Shown: piece after piece, positions 49,940 to 64,000 of the stretch
Layout of the letters: every line of letters begins with the position of its first letter
How positions within the stretch are numbered: the first letter of the stretch is position 1
Origin: Candidatus Hydrogenedentota bacterium
GTDB lineage: Bacteria > Hydrogenedentota > Hydrogenedentia > Hydrogenedentales > SLHB01
Direction of reading: 5' to 3'
Assembly (NCBI GenBank): GCA_963674865.2
Contig: CAXXYE010000003.1
Coordinates: 128,001 to 192,000, forward strand
Length of the DNA stretch: 64,000 bases
Notes under the pieces: model-generated
What the model saw: the letters and a program-made list of their open reading frames with translations, nothing else
What the model was told of the DNA's origin: nothing
The model's database searches: none
Made by a program: the position numbers and the translations under genes

Positions 49940-52624
49940 ATGCAGAAGCACACGTACCGTACGATTCTGATTTACGCTGTCGGCATCATAGCGCTCTTGT
50001 ACATCTATCCGACCCTCGGCTGGATGACGCTGTCCGACGACGCCCGGCAGGCCCGGCTCGATAAGTGGGCGGATGAGGACACCGTCTACGAGAAGCCGAG
50101 TTTTTGGCGGGACTTTGGGAAGGGCGTCCGGCGCTGGGCCGAATTCGATCGCTCGAAGGTGCTCAACCTTGGACTGGACCTGCAGGGCGGCATCCACATG
50201 GTGGTTGGGCTCGACCTCAAGAACATGGACCCGGAACGCTACCAGGAGTTCAAGGACGCCGATCTGTCGGATGCCCAGATCGAGGAACATCTTCAGCACA
50301 TTGTTCTTCAACGGATTCGGCGGCGCATCAACGATTTCGAGGCGAAAGAGCCCGTTATTCAGGCGCTGGGCCGAAATCAGATTCAGATTCAGCTTCCCGG
50401 CGAGAAGGACATCAAACGCGCGACGGATCTGATCATGAAAGCGGGGTTCCTCACCTTCAACCTCGTGGCCGGGCCCGACGAGACGGCGAAGGTGTTTCGT
50501 GATATTGACAAGCACTTCAACAACAACTTTGTGCCGTTCTTGGACGTTCCCGGCGGGCGTAAGGCAAGTTTCTATGTAGTGCCTGTCGAGAACTTCGAGC
50601 GCGTCGAGCGACTGGTTGACGCCGCGCAAGAGGTGCCCGGGCTGCTTCCCGAGGGTAAGATCATTGCCTTCAGTGCTCCGCCGAATGCCTGGGATGATCC
50701 GGTGTACTGGATCTACCTGATGGATGAGAAGCCCCTGATGACGGGTGAGGGGCTCAAGCGAGCCGATCCGCGCACCAATCCCGAGGCGCCTTCGCAGTGG
50801 CAGATTCTCTTTGAGTTCTCAGGCCCTTCGGTGAACAAGTTTGCCCAAGTCACCGAGGAGAACATCGGGCGCAATATGGCGATTGTCGTGGACGGCGTTG
50901 TGTGTTCGGCCCCTGTCATCGAGGACCGCATCGTCCGCACCGGTGTGATCCGGGGCAGTTTCACCGGGGATCAGGCCAAAGACCTCTCGATTGCGCTGAA
51001 CTCCGGCTCGATGCCGGTGCAGCTCACCGAGGAGTACACCGCTGTTGTTGGGGCGAGCCTCGGCGCCGACTCGATCCGCCAGGGAGTGCGTTCCACCATC
51101 GTCGGCCTCATCATTGTCGTCTCGTTCATGTTGCTGTACTACCGGATCGGCGGCTTCATTGCGAATATCGCTCTGCTCATGAATGCGGTCTTCGTCTTGG
51201 CCGCATTGGCTTACTTCAATGCCACCTTGACCTTGCCCGGCATCGCCGGCTTGATCCTGACGATCGGTATGGCCGTGGACGCCAACGTACTGATTTTTGA
51301 GCGTATTCGCGAGGAACTCCACAACGGCAAGTCCCTGCTGGCGGCGATTGACAGCGGCTACAAACGAGCGACGGTAACCATTCTAGACGCCAATGTGACC
51401 ACCCTCATCGCGGCGGCCGTGCTGATGGAGTTCGGGACGGGCCCCATCGAGGGATTCGCCGTTACATTGAGCATCGGTGTTTGCTCCAGCGTATTCACCG
51501 CCCTGGTTGTAACGCGGGCCATTTTCGACTTCCTGTCCAACCGTAAGTGGCTAACGAAGCTGACGATGATGTCGATCGTGAAGCCTGAAACGCACATTCG
51601 GTTCCTTGAGCGGCGGAACTGGGCGTTCGGTGCGAGTATTGCCGCGATTGTTGTAGGCATGACGCTCTTCGCAGTTCGTTGGGATGACAGCTTCGGCGTC
51701 GATTTCACGAACGGCACAAACATGACGGTGACGTTGAACACGAGCCAAGTCGTCGGTATTGGCGAAGTCCGGGACGCGTTGGCCGCCGCCGACATCGAAG
51801 ACGCCGTTGTGCAGGAGGTGGACGAGAAGGGTTCGACGGTTATCAACCGCTTCCTCATCCGAACTAGTGAGACGGGCTCGGGGCCGGCAACGGCGACTGC
51901 GGAGGATACGTCCGAGGCCCCACCGGATGCCGAGGAGACGGAGACTGTTGCCAGCCGAGTTGAAAAGGCATTGGCTCCGCTGTGCGCCGGCGGCGAAATG
52001 GTGGTGGACAAGGTAGAGACGGTTGGGCCGGCCGTGGGTGACGAATTGAAGAAGGATGCGCGCGCTACCATCTTTTTTGCGCTGCTCTTCGTTGTCGTGT
52101 ACCTCTGGTTCCGGTTCGAGCTGAAGTTCGCCATCGGCGCCGTCGCGGCGCTGGTGCACGACGTGCTGGTGACGATCGGCCTGTTCGCGCTGACGGGCCG
52201 GCAGATAAGCATGCCCGTGATCGCGGCTCTGCTCACTATCATCGGTTATTCGCTGAACGACACGATCGTCGTGTTCGACCGCATCCGCGAGGACATTCGG
52301 CTCTACCGAGGTCGAGGTTTCTCCTATCCGCAAGTCATGGATATGAGCATTAACCAGACACTCAGCCGCACGCTGTTGACATCGCTCACGACGCTGTTTG
52401 TTGTTGTGGTGTTGCTGATCTTCGGCGGGGACGTGATCAACGACTTTGCCTTCGCACTGTGCGCGGGCGTGATCGTAGGTACCTACTCCTCGATCTTTGT
52501 TGCGAGCCCGCTGGTGTACCTCATGCAGCGTATGCAGCGGAAGCAAGTGCTTCCCACGGGCGAGGATGAGAAGAACTCGAACCGCCGCAAGAAGAACAGC
52601 AAGCCGAAGAAGACCAACGCATAA
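49940..52624 (+). CDS. secDF: Fused protein translocase subunit SecDF
   Basis: LGLDLQGG, GMAVDANVLIFERIREE, GVDFTNG, GYSLNDTIVVFDRIRE. Confidence 0.96.
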   Translation: MQKHTYRTILIYAVGIIALLYIYPTLGWMTLSDDARQARLDKWADEDTVYEKPSFWRDFGKGVRRWAEFDRSKVLNLGLDLQGGIHMVVGLDLKNMDPERYQEFKDADLSDAQIEEHLQHIVLQRIRRRINDFEAKEPVIQALGRNQIQIQLPGEKDIKRATDLIMKAGFLTFNLVAGPDETAKVFRDIDKHFNNNFVPFLDVPGGRKASFYVVPVENFERVERLVDAAQEVPGLLPEGKIIAFSAPPNAWDDPVYWIYLMDEKPLMTGEGLKRADPRTNPEAPSQWQILFEFSGPSVNKFAQVTEENIGRNMAIVVDGVVCSAPVIEDRIVRTGVIRGSFTGDQAKDLSIALNSGSMPVQLTEEYTAVVGASLGADSIRQGVRSTIVGLIIVVSFMLLYYRIGGFIANIALLMNAVFVLAALAYFNATLTLPGIAGLILTIGMAVDANVLIFERIREELHNGKSLLAAIDSGYKRATVTILDANVTTLIAAAVLMEFGTGPIEGFAVTLSIGVCSSVFTALVVTRAIFDFLSNRKWLTKLTMMSIVKPETHIRFLERRNWAFGASIAAIVVGMTLFAVRWDDSFGVDFTNGTNMTVTLNTSQVVGIGEVRDALAAADIEDAVVQEVDEKGSTVINRFLIRTSETGSGPATATAEDTSEAPPDAEETETVASRVEKALAPLCAGGEMVVDKVETVGPAVGDELKKDARATIFFALLFVVVYLWFRFELKFAIGAVAALVHDVLVTIGLFALTGRQISMPVIAALLTIIGYSLNDTIVVFDRIREDIRLYRGRGFSYPQVMDMSINQTLSRTLLTSLTTLFVVVVLLIFGGDVINDFAFALCAGVIVGTYSSIFVASPLVYLMQRMQRKQVLPTGEDEKNSNRRKKNSKPKKTNA

Positions 52625-52644
52625 TAGTACGGCCGAAGACGCTC

Positions 52645-52681
52645 AAACGTCCTGGATGCAGTTTTGTATTCAGGACGTTTT
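52645..52681. terminator. Probable bidirectional terminator between convergent genes
   Basis: AAACGTCCTGGATGCA-GTTT-TGTATTCAGGACGTTT inverted repeat with G-U pairs. Confidence 0.7.
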
Positions 52682-52700
52682 CCGTTAAGGCCAGCGAAGA

Positions 52701-56165
<3,465 letters not shown>

Positions 56166-56426
56166 GCAGGTCCTCTAGCCCTTCCCGTCGGAGCGATGAT
56201 TCCGCAGCATCACTATTACTCAGGACGCCGGCCAAGTATAGCCTGTGCAACGGATGAACGCCAGACGCCGGCGGTATGCGTGAAGCGGCCGCAAGTCAGG
56301 GAGTGCCCGCCGGGCAAGGCCGGCATTCGAGGCGTGTTGACGGTGTTTCAGCAACGAAGTACACTCAGCCGTACACAAGGCGGGGGCGAGGGCTCGCGGA
56401 CTCCCGAAGCAGATTAAGGAAGGTGC

Positions 56427-57056
56427 ATGCGCCGGTTCTACACGTGGAAGTCCTTGGGATTCATGGTGTTCCTCACCGTGGCGCTTCTTGCGGTGTGGCA
56501 CTGGGCCTTCGATGAGAGGGTGCAGGTGGTACGCTCGTGGGATTTTGCTCGTTTGACGCCCGAGCAGTGGGATTGGCAATTCCCGCCGACACGGCCGCTC
56601 GGCACGTTTTCGGCGGCGGTATTCCTGTCCGACGGCCGGGGCCAAGGGCCTACAATTGCACTTCGAGATATTGCTCCCCGTGATATTGACAAGGTCCGTG
56701 TCACCGGCCGTATCACCGATGTTGCAACGGGACGCGACCTTCCTCTCTACCTCGATCTGGTGTGGTGGCGGGCCGTCGATGCGGCGCCTACAGGCGGCAA
56801 CAGTTCTCGCGAGCCTGCGGGAACGTGTTCCTTTCGCATGGCCGATTATCGCGACCCTCATATCGTAACGGCCGAATTGGGGCCGCAAGGCTCCGTCAAA
56901 GGCGCATGGGGCGGCGATATTGGCGCTGTGCAAATACGTGCCTACGCGGCCGCGTCTTCAGAGCAAGGATGCGTTGTCGAGATTTTCGAGATAGTCTTCC
57001 TTAAGCAACTGCGGCGTTCTTGGGCGAATACGGAGGCAGGGGACTCGGAGTCTTGA
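56427..57056 (+). CDS. Hypothetical membrane-anchored protein
   Basis: AAGGAAGG RBS, N-terminal TM, TGATG overlap with next gene. Confidence 0.65.
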   Translation: MRRFYTWKSLGFMVFLTVALLAVWHWAFDERVQVVRSWDFARLTPEQWDWQFPPTRPLGTFSAAVFLSDGRGQGPTIALRDIAPRDIDKVRVTGRITDVATGRDLPLYLDLVWWRAVDAAPTGGNSSREPAGTCSFRMADYRDPHIVTAELGPQGSVKGAWGGDIGAVQIRAYAAASSEQGCVVEIFEIVFLKQLRRSWANTEAGDSES

Positions 57057-59722
57057 TGGAGATCTTCACGGCCCGCCGCCGGCGGGTTCTTATCCTGAGC
57101 ACTCTCATCGCGATCATGGCGCTGGGGGCCGTACTGCGCCTGGAAGGACTCAGTTCCAGCTTCTGGGGGGATGAGGTCGTAACTCGGGAGCGGGCATTGG
57201 AGCCCGTTACGTCGCGCCTCTTCCGCGATGTGTATCCGCTCTATCACTTGTTGGCCCATGGCTGTCTGTTTCTGGGCGATAATGAGGTGACACTGCGACT
57301 TCCGGCGCTGGCAGCAGGACTGGCCGGCATCTTGGCGGTCTTCTTCATCGTCAAGTCCCTGTACGATCCGACGGCCGGACTTGCGGCCGCTCTCGTGCTT
57401 GCCGTGTCTCCCTTCCATGTTTTCCATTCCCATCACGCCCGCTACTACACGCTGCTGATGCTCTTCGGCCTCTTGTCAACCTGGTTTCTCACACGTGCGG
57501 CAGGCCACGGAGGGCTGTGGAACTGGGCCGGATACGCTGTCTGCGCCTTTCTGGCACTCATGTCGCATGTTTTCTTCCTCCCCGCCTTAGCCGCCATGAA
57601 CGTGGGAGGGGTGCTCTATCTCCTCACCGCGCGGCGTATGTTACTTGGCAGCCGGAAATGGCAGCGTATTATCACGCTCCTCCTTTGCACCCTCGTCGTC
57701 AGTCTGCCAACCGTTGTCCGTGTAGTGCCGAAGTATTTCGAGTCCTTTGCTCCCGTGCTGACGGACGACGAGCGAGGCCCGGCGCCGGAAGATGTCGGAA
57801 TGTCCGAAGCCGGGAGCCGGACGCTGAAGACGCCTACTCCCGAGGCCGAGGAAAAGGGACACTTTCTGTCGCTTTTCGGCGAAGGGGGCTATCTTGCCTT
57901 TTTCAAGCGCTACTTCTGGGTGCAATCGCCCAGGCTACGCGACCTGCTAATCCTATTCGCCCTATGGGGCCTTGTGGACCTCTTTCGAAATCACCGGGCC
58001 TTTGCTTGCGTCGTGACAAGTCTCCTCGTGCTTACGCCGCTGCCTTTCTTCTACATGTCCGTACACCATTGGCATCACCCGCGCTACTACTCCGCGGCTT
58101 ACCTCCCCTCGCTTGCGGCCGTGGCCATTGGGCTGATGCTGATTCCTACGTATTTGGCTCGCGCCTATGCCTTGCGAGGACGGGATGCTACTCAATGCTC
58201 CGGCGCAGAGGATCGAGTTCGGGCCGTTGAGTGCGTTCTCGTGGCGCTTCTGCTCGCCGCGCTTGGCCCGGCGGCGGTCGATGCATTGCGCACATACCGC
58301 GTGGAAGGGTGGCTCTTCGAGAGCCATGTCACCGGCCCCACGTTGCCCGTCCATGACTGGAAGGGGCTGTATCATCGCATGGCCCAGACCTACCGGCCTG
58401 AAGACGTCGTATTTCACCTTGCCCCGCGGGAGCACGCCGTCCATTACCGGCGACTCTACCTCGAACGCTTCGTGGGCAATGCCGCCGCCACGCCTTACAA
58501 AGAATACTGCGGGAAAGGCCCCGATCCGGAGGGGATCAAGAAGGCCTGTTTTCAGAATCCTTTCGTGTCCATTTGGTTCACCGGCCAGCGGAAGTTCGGT
58601 GCGGGGCGGTATGCACCGCTGATGTATTCCCTGTGCGGCGGGCCCGTCATGTCGAATCTTAGTTCCTCTTCGACGGGGGTGTCTCTTTGGATCTTGGGAG
58701 AGCCCACGGAGAACCTGATCGGCAACGGTGGATTTGAGCGCCAGGGCGCTACCGTCGACGCTGAGGGAGATGGCCTTGTCTTTGTCGACCGCGGCTACGA
58801 GGGCAGGGCCTGCCTTGGCCTGGGCGCCCCGGGCAATGTTGCCGTTTCGCAGGCCGTGAGTCTGCCAATCGGCCCCATGTCCTATCGATTGCGCAACGCG
58901 GGATTCGAGCTCTGGAAAGGCGGGCGGCCAGTCGGGTGGGATTTGAGCCGGGAGCGGACGGAAGAGGTGGGCGAAGTGGCTGGGGCCCGGCCTGGTACGA
59001 AAGCGCTCGCCCTCCAGGCTGGGGCTGCGCCGCTGCTTCTTTCGCAACGCCTCCCAATGGGTTTGGCGCCGGGGCGTCACGTCCGGATTGAGGCAATGGC
59101 GCGCGCGGATTCACCCGGCGAGCTTGCCCTCGCGTTGAAATACGATCTGCCCGGAGAAACGCGCCGCGTGGCGGTGCACCATCCCGGTGGCGGCACATGG
59201 GCCCCGTTGGCTCTGGATGTAGCTGTTCCAGCCGACGCCGATTCCGACTCAATGGCCATCGAGATTCGGCGAGAGCAGGGGAAACGGGGCGATGCGGCCA
59301 TTGACGATGTGACGATTGAGGTGCTGGCGGCCGAGTGCTGCCTCGACCCGGCGCTCACGTACACGCTGTCGATGGCGCTGCGCTACAAGGACTTGTGGCG
59401 GCTGCGGGGGCCTTACAGACGAGGCGGCTTCATTTCCCTCGTCTACAACACAACCGGGGGCGAGTCCCGCTCCGTCAAGCTTGCCGAGTTCGAAGGTAAC
59501 CGGGACTGGTATAGTCCCTCGCGCTGCCTGATACCGGGCCGCACGTTTCCCGTGGACGCAACAGATCTGCGGGTACGTGTTGGCTTGGAGAATGCCACGG
59601 GCACTCTATGGATCGACAATGTTCAGTTCGAGCCGAAAGATCACCCGACGCCTTTTACTGAAGGGGTGCGGCCGCCACACGATGAGTTTATGGCCCGCAA
59701 TGGCTTAGAGCCCGACCTCTGA
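57056..59722 (+). CDS. GT-C (PMT_2/GT39-like) membrane glycosyltransferase with C-terminal CBM-like beta-sandwiches
   Basis: SFWGDE, YPLYHLL, LRLPA, ARYY; NLIGNGGFE, LRNAGFE, WIDNVQFE. Confidence 0.8.
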   Translation: MEIFTARRRRVLILSTLIAIMALGAVLRLEGLSSSFWGDEVVTRERALEPVTSRLFRDVYPLYHLLAHGCLFLGDNEVTLRLPALAAGLAGILAVFFIVKSLYDPTAGLAAALVLAVSPFHVFHSHHARYYTLLMLFGLLSTWFLTRAAGHGGLWNWAGYAVCAFLALMSHVFFLPALAAMNVGGVLYLLTARRMLLGSRKWQRIITLLLCTLVVSLPTVVRVVPKYFESFAPVLTDDERGPAPEDVGMSEAGSRTLKTPTPEAEEKGHFLSLFGEGGYLAFFKRYFWVQSPRLRDLLILFALWGLVDLFRNHRAFACVVTSLLVLTPLPFFYMSVHHWHHPRYYSAAYLPSLAAVAIGLMLIPTYLARAYALRGRDATQCSGAEDRVRAVECVLVALLLAALGPAAVDALRTYRVEGWLFESHVTGPTLPVHDWKGLYHRMAQTYRPEDVVFHLAPREHAVHYRRLYLERFVGNAAATPYKEYCGKGPDPEGIKKACFQNPFVSIWFTGQRKFGAGRYAPLMYSLCGGPVMSNLSSSSTGVSLWILGEPTENLIGNGGFERQGATVDAEGDGLVFVDRGYEGRACLGLGAPGNVAVSQAVSLPIGPMSYRLRNAGFELWKGGRPVGWDLSRERTEEVGEVAGARPGTKALALQAGAAPLLLSQRLPMGLAPGRHVRIEAMARADSPGELALALKYDLPGETRRVAVHHPGGGTWAPLALDVAVPADADSDSMAIEIRREQGKRGDAAIDDVTIEVLAAECCLDPALTYTLSMALRYKDLWRLRGPYRRGGFISLVYNTTGGESRSVKLAEFEGNRDWYSPSRCLIPGRTFPVDATDLRVRVGLENATGTLWIDNVQFEPKDHPTPFTEGVRPPHDEFMARNGLEPDL

Positions 59723-60613
59723 GACGTTGGCAAAGAACGGATTCGACCACGCGCGGCGCCCGTCATGATCGACCAACTCGACACGGACGAACTTGGAGGG
59801 GATGAAGTTCTCCGGCAAGCGCGAAGCCTCGAGGGCCATGCCGTCGGAGGCGTGATCCACGTATCCGACACTGCCGAATGTGCGCCAGCGGACTTGGGCG
59901 ACGGGATCGCACGTGATGTGCGCCGTGAACCGCTCGATGTGGATGGCGTGGAAACGCGGCCCCTGGGTCGAGTAGAAAGCGCCGCGTTTCAAAGCGGCCA
60001 GGATGGCCTCGCGGGAGAAGTCCTCGGCCCATATCTCCACCCAGGCCCGCCCGGCATCCGAGAAGAAGGTCTTCCTAGGATTCAGGTGGGCATCGTCGCC
60101 CGCGACGCCCCAAATCCGCCTTCCCTGGCCGAGAACCATATCCCACAGTTCCGTGGCCAGCCCATTGCTGTAGGCCTCATCGCAGTACGCGTTGACGATC
60201 TCCATGGCGTCGAGTTCGGGGCATTCCATAATTGTTTCGGGGAGAACACCGGAGTAGGTTGGGTGTGCCATGATCGTGAAAGCGCCCTGCCCGGCCAGAG
60301 CGCGAATCCGCTCGCCCAGGTCTTGTTTGCGAGGAGCAGTTATGCGGACGCCGACGGCCACGATGTCCGGATGGCCACCGTTCTCAGTTGCGTCAATCCC
60401 GATGAAGTCAGGGCCGGAGAAGGGCTCCGTCGGTGTGACGCGCCAGTGATCCGTTATGCCCAGACATCGAAAGTCCTTTTCCCGGTAGCGAGCGACGGTT
60501 GCCTCCGGACTCAATCCACCGTCGGAATTGACGGTGTGACAATGGAAACCGGCCTTGATCCACTGGCCCTCGGCCCCGAAAGGCGATGGATCGAAGAAGA
60601 AATCGACACTCAT
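59705..60613 (-). CDS. PHP-fold metallohydrolase (CehA/McbA-like)
   Basis: HCHTVNSDG, ITDH, AHP, DDAH, AWSNPFF; AAGGAG RBS. Confidence 0.85.
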   Translation of the reverse strand: MSVDFFFDPSPFGAEGQWIKAGFHCHTVNSDGGLSPEATVARYREKDFRCLGITDHWRVTPTEPFSGPDFIGIDATENGGHPDIVAVGVRITAPRKQDLGERIRALAGQGAFTIMAHPTYSGVLPETIMECPELDAMEIVNAYCDEAYSNGLATELWDMVLGQGRRIWGVAGDDAHLNPRKTFFSDAGRAWVEIWAEDFSREAILAALKRGAFYSTQGPRFHAIHIERFTAHITCDPVAQVRWRTFGSVGYVDHASDGMALEASRLPENFIPSKFVRVELVDHDGRRAWSNPFFANVSEVGL

Positions 60614-60877
60614 GGATCCGCTCCTTGATGCTAATGCGAAACTTAACACGCCAAGGATACCTTGAACCGGTTGTCAATTCCGAGCGGGCGCGCTATCCTG
60701 TCCAGCGGGCCGGTGCGGCGCAGGAGGGCGCGCAGGCCCGCCGCCGGAGGGGGGGGCGGCCTGACGCGTCATTGTTCCTTCGAGCTGAGAAAAGTGAATG
60801 CGCAGCGCTGTCGGTTGCTTCGCGACGGCGCCGGTGCGAATAGCGCTATTGCGCAACAACCTTAAGGCGACTCAAGG

Positions 60878-61933
60878 GTGATTCCCCATAATCGCATAAC
60901 CTGGGATTCGGCGGAGACTGCTGCCGCCGCCGCCGCGGTTCAAAGCGGCCAATGGACGTGCGGGCCGCGTGTGGCCGCACTCGAGCAGGAATTGGCCCGG
61001 CGCGCGGGCGTTCAGCACGCGGTCTGTGTGGCTTCGGGCGTGAGCGCTTTGCGCTTGGCGCTGCGCGCGCTCGCCATTGGGCCGGGCGCTGCCGTTCTTG
61101 TGCCTGCGTATTCCTGTGTAGCCTTGGCAAATGCTGTGCTCGCTTGCGAAGGGCGGCCGGTATGCGTTGACGTCGAACCGGGGGCCTGGAATCTGGCTCC
61201 CGAAGCGGCGGAGGCAAGCCGTTCGACGGCGCCGAAGGCCGTTATCGCCGTTGACACCTTCGGCATGCCTGCCCGGATCGAGAGACTGCGGCGGCTGGGG
61301 GCGCCCGTGATTGAAGACTGCGCACATGCCTTCGGAATCCAACATGAGGGCGGTCTTCTAGGCGGGCGGGCGGATGTGGGCATCCTTTCTTTTCACGCCA
61401 CAAAGCTGATTGCGGCGGGCGAAGGCGGCGCGGTGCTCACGCAGTCCGAGGCCATAGCTGAATCGGTGAGGGCCTGGCGAGATTATGCCAATCGTCCCCC
61501 CGACGGCACACGGCTGAATGACAGCATGACGGATATCGAGGCCGCCTTGGCGCTGTGCCAACTGGAGCGGTTGGACGACATGCTGGAGGCACGCCGGCAG
61601 ATTGCGGCGAGGTACGACGAGGCGCTTTGCCCTTTAGCGGAAGCGTCCGGGGCCTTTCATGTGCCCGCTACACCGCAAGCGAGGGTGTGGTATCGCTACG
61701 CCGTGGAGATGACGAGCGCCTCGGCGGAGAAGGTTATCGACGAACTGGCGCAAAACGGCATCGAGGCCGTCCGGCCCGTGGTGGACTGGCGGCCGGCCGA
61801 CGGGCCTTCATGTCCGGTGGCTGACGCCGCATACGAGCGCGTCGTCAGCCTGCCGCTCTATCCTACGCTCTCTGGGGACGAGCAGGCCGAGGTCATCGCT
61901 CAGTTTCGTGCCGTATGCGAGGCGATTGCGTAG
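60878..61933 (+). CDS. DegT/DnrJ/EryC1/StrS sugar aminotransferase
   Basis: IEDCAHA, SFHATKLIAAGEGG, SLPLYP. Confidence 0.92.
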   Translation: MIPHNRITWDSAETAAAAAAVQSGQWTCGPRVAALEQELARRAGVQHAVCVASGVSALRLALRALAIGPGAAVLVPAYSCVALANAVLACEGRPVCVDVEPGAWNLAPEAAEASRSTAPKAVIAVDTFGMPARIERLRRLGAPVIEDCAHAFGIQHEGGLLGGRADVGILSFHATKLIAAGEGGAVLTQSEAIAESVRAWRDYANRPPDGTRLNDSMTDIEAALALCQLERLDDMLEARRQIAARYDEALCPLAEASGAFHVPATPQARVWYRYAVEMTSASAEKVIDELAQNGIEAVRPVVDWRPADGPSCPVADAAYERVVSLPLYPTLSGDEQAEVIAQFRAVCEAIA

Positions 61934-61943
61934 TCCCTGCCCC

Positions 61944-62483
61944 CTATTCGTCCTTGCCGGTGTGTATGGATACCATGGTGCTGTCGTCGGTGGCATGCAG
62001 GGTGACGTGTACGCGGCGCCCGTCCTTCGTGTAAGCGAGGATGCGCATGTCTTGTCCCATAGCCATGGCCATGGTTCGCTCTTCTTCCCAATTCCTGCTC
62101 TTGAGTTCTTTGCCGTAGTAGGCGGCGATCTTGTCGATGCCGTCCGTTGAAGTTGCCTGAACGGCGTAGTCCTCGGTTCCCGGCGCCGCCGAGGAACCAA
62201 GCAACTGAAGGCCCGGATACAGGGGGACATCGTCGGGGAAGCCCTTGGGAAGCGTAGTGTTCTCTCCGATAGAGATCTGCGTCTTGCCGTCCTCAGACGT
62301 GAGCGTTACGCCGCCGTCTTTGATGTTGACGTCGACGTCTTGGCCCTCGCCGCCGGCATCCGATTCGATGGCTTTTTCTATGGCGTTCTCCGAGATGACC
62401 TCAGCCGCTTTGCTGCAGCCAAGGCCCGCCCAAACCAATGCAAGAGCCAGCGCGAGGCCCATCATTCCATGCCGCAATGTCAT
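61944..62483 (-). CDS. Hypothetical lipoprotein
   Basis: GGAGG RBS, lipobox AGLGC, LPKGFPDDVPLYPG. Confidence 0.75.
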   Translation of the reverse strand: MTLRHGMMGLALALALVWAGLGCSKAAEVISENAIEKAIESDAGGEGQDVDVNIKDGGVTLTSEDGKTQISIGENTTLPKGFPDDVPLYPGLQLLGSSAAPGTEDYAVQATSTDGIDKIAAYYGKELKSRNWEEERTMAMAMGQDMRILAYTKDGRRVHVTLHATDDSTMVSIHTGKDE

Positions 62484-62769
62484 TACACATCCTCCGCGTG
62501 TTGAATTCCTCTCGTTTGCGAGGCAGAGGTTACCGGGGTGGGCGGCGGAGATCAAGTCCGGAACACCTAAGGTGCTGCAAATATCACTCGTAATGCCTAT
62601 CGCGTGATGGCGCGGCCCCGCACGCCTGATGCCGGAATCGCGCTACGCGCCGGGGGCCATACGTTTGCTCCCAGGCCTTGTCGAAGAATCCAGAGAGCTC
62701 GGCGGGAAGTGTCTGATCCCGTCCAGCATGATGGCGGAACGGGACTGAACACGTGGCGAACGGGCCTGT

Positions 62770-64000
62770 CTAGTCGATTGGAATGGAATCAGAGGCCATC
62801 GGCGTGGTCTGTCTTGATTCAAGCTCCTGTTCGACAACTTGGCGCAGCTCCTGGACCTTCCCAGTGATGGCGGGCGCATTGCCTTCGTGGAATGCCGCCA
62901 GAAGCTCACGGTATTGGGCATTCAGCGCAGCGTGCCGCTCCGGCGCCTCATTGCCTAGCAACGCCAGTCTTCCTCTCAGCCACGCCAGGTTCTCTCGTAC
63001 CGTCCGGAATGGGACATCCCGCTCGAACGCGTCTTCGAGCTCTTGCGCACACGCGCGGATAGAGCGCAAGGCGTCCGCGTAATCCCGTGAATGCATCGTC
63101 GCGCGATAGGATGCGCGCAGCTCCGCCAGACTGGAGAGATCGACCGCGGATTCCTCGGCCAAACGGATGTCCAACTCGAGGATGCCTGATTCGTTTGCGC
63201 AGCGCCCTTTGAGGATCGCCTCGATGTCTCGCCGAGCTTCCTCTTCTGGGGCGATGCAGAACAACTTGCCGCCGCCGGGGGGCAATGCCACGGGAAGGAG
63301 AAGCGCTCCCGTCCTGCGTTCGGTAGAGCACGCTGCCAGTGTCTCCAGATCGACGATCCGGCGCTCACGGACAAAGGCCTGCGACAGACTGATATCCGCG
63401 GTGTTTCTTATGAGCACGTCGTTGTTGAAGGCCACGAGGTAATCTACATCGCGGCTGCGGGCACGGAGTCGGCGCACCTCAATGCCGAGGCCCGGAGCCG
63501 GGGTCGGGCGCCAAGTGGCGATGGACACGGCGGGGGCCGCGACCTCAGCGTTCACAAGTACGGCGCCCAAGGGAATGAGTTGCGCTCCAAGCCGGGCGAT
63601 CTCATCCCAGAGAGGCGTTTCCTCGCCGTGCATCGAGGGCCTCGGATTGCCGAACTCATCGGTGAGATAGCTGTAGCGGAAGTAGTTGATTCCCTTGGCG
63701 CCGCCCGCGATGGCGAGCCATGTCTGAAGGCGCAATTCGGGGACGGTTGGTTGGCGCCAGCGAACATTTCTGCCGTCGCCTGATTCGAAGACCTGCAGCG
63801 TGATCCAATGGGGATGTTCCCCGGTGAGGCTGCGGCAAAGGTCCATCCACTCGAGAATGCCTCGCGTGCCCCACGTGCTGAAGCGGCCCAAGTTATCTGC
63901 CATAGCCAGGGGGCCGCCCTTGACGGCGAAGTGGGGGCCGATGGAGGTGCCGTCATGCATGTAGCCTATTGGATAGCAATCCGTCAGGAGCACAGGCTGA
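62770..64000 (-). CDS. Hypothetical GH-like protein, 5' part outside the window
   Basis: Frame open to the window edge; DCYPI, PTVPELRLQTWLAIAGGAKGINYF resembles the end of a GH-A-like barrel. Confidence 0.6.
   Translation of the reverse strand, partial: QPVLLTDCYPIGYMHDGTSIGPHFAVKGGPLAMADNLGRFSTWGTRGILEWMDLCRSLTGEHPHWITLQVFESGDGRNVRWRQPTVPELRLQTWLAIAGGAKGINYFRYSYLTDEFGNPRPSMHGEETPLWDEIARLGAQLIPLGAVLVNAEVAAPAVSIATWRPTPAPGLGIEVRRLRARSRDVDYLVAFNNDVLIRNTADISLSQAFVRERRIVDLETLAACSTERRTGALLLPVALPPGGGKLFCIAPEEEARRDIEAILKGRCANESGILELDIRLAEESAVDLSSLAELRASYRATMHSRDYADALRSIRACAQELEDAFERDVPFRTVRENLAWLRGRLALLGNEAPERHAALNAQYRELLAAFHEGNAPAITGKVQELRQVVEQELESRQTTPMASDSIPID

Overview
High-GC bacterial chromosomal window from a diderm organism (OmpH/Skp, lipoproteins). 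The lineage cannot be fixed from the sequence alone. Housekeeping blocks: aroF-scpB-rluB, ccsA/hemX-hemA, mreBCD-mrdA-rodA-rng, ispE and tgt-yajC-secDF. These are interspersed with many carbohydrate-related genes: GH-like proteins, a sugar ABC transporter with a fused ATPase-permease, GT2, GT-C, a DegT aminotransferase and a GlmU-like/galactokinase fusion. One intact IS4-family (IS10-like) element with inverted repeats and a 9-bp target duplication lies just upstream of aroF. A 1004-nt poly-G tract inside the kinase fusion gene is very probably a sequencing or assembly artefact. The most interesting unexplained signal is a candidate ~160-nt small RNA on the minus strand (about 46093 to 45932). 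It has its own sigma70 promoter, an exposed anti-Shine-Dalgarno CUCCUU, a GNRA-capped stem and an intrinsic terminator, and it sits upstream of an orphan flgK that has a sigma54-type promoter. Also notable are an MshEN-HDOD protein, a DUF6057-like/TolB-like pair with a CxxCH motif, and a GH36-like protein lacking its catalytic motifs. No rRNA, tRNA or CRISPR array was seen. All family calls come from motif recognition by eye, not database searches.
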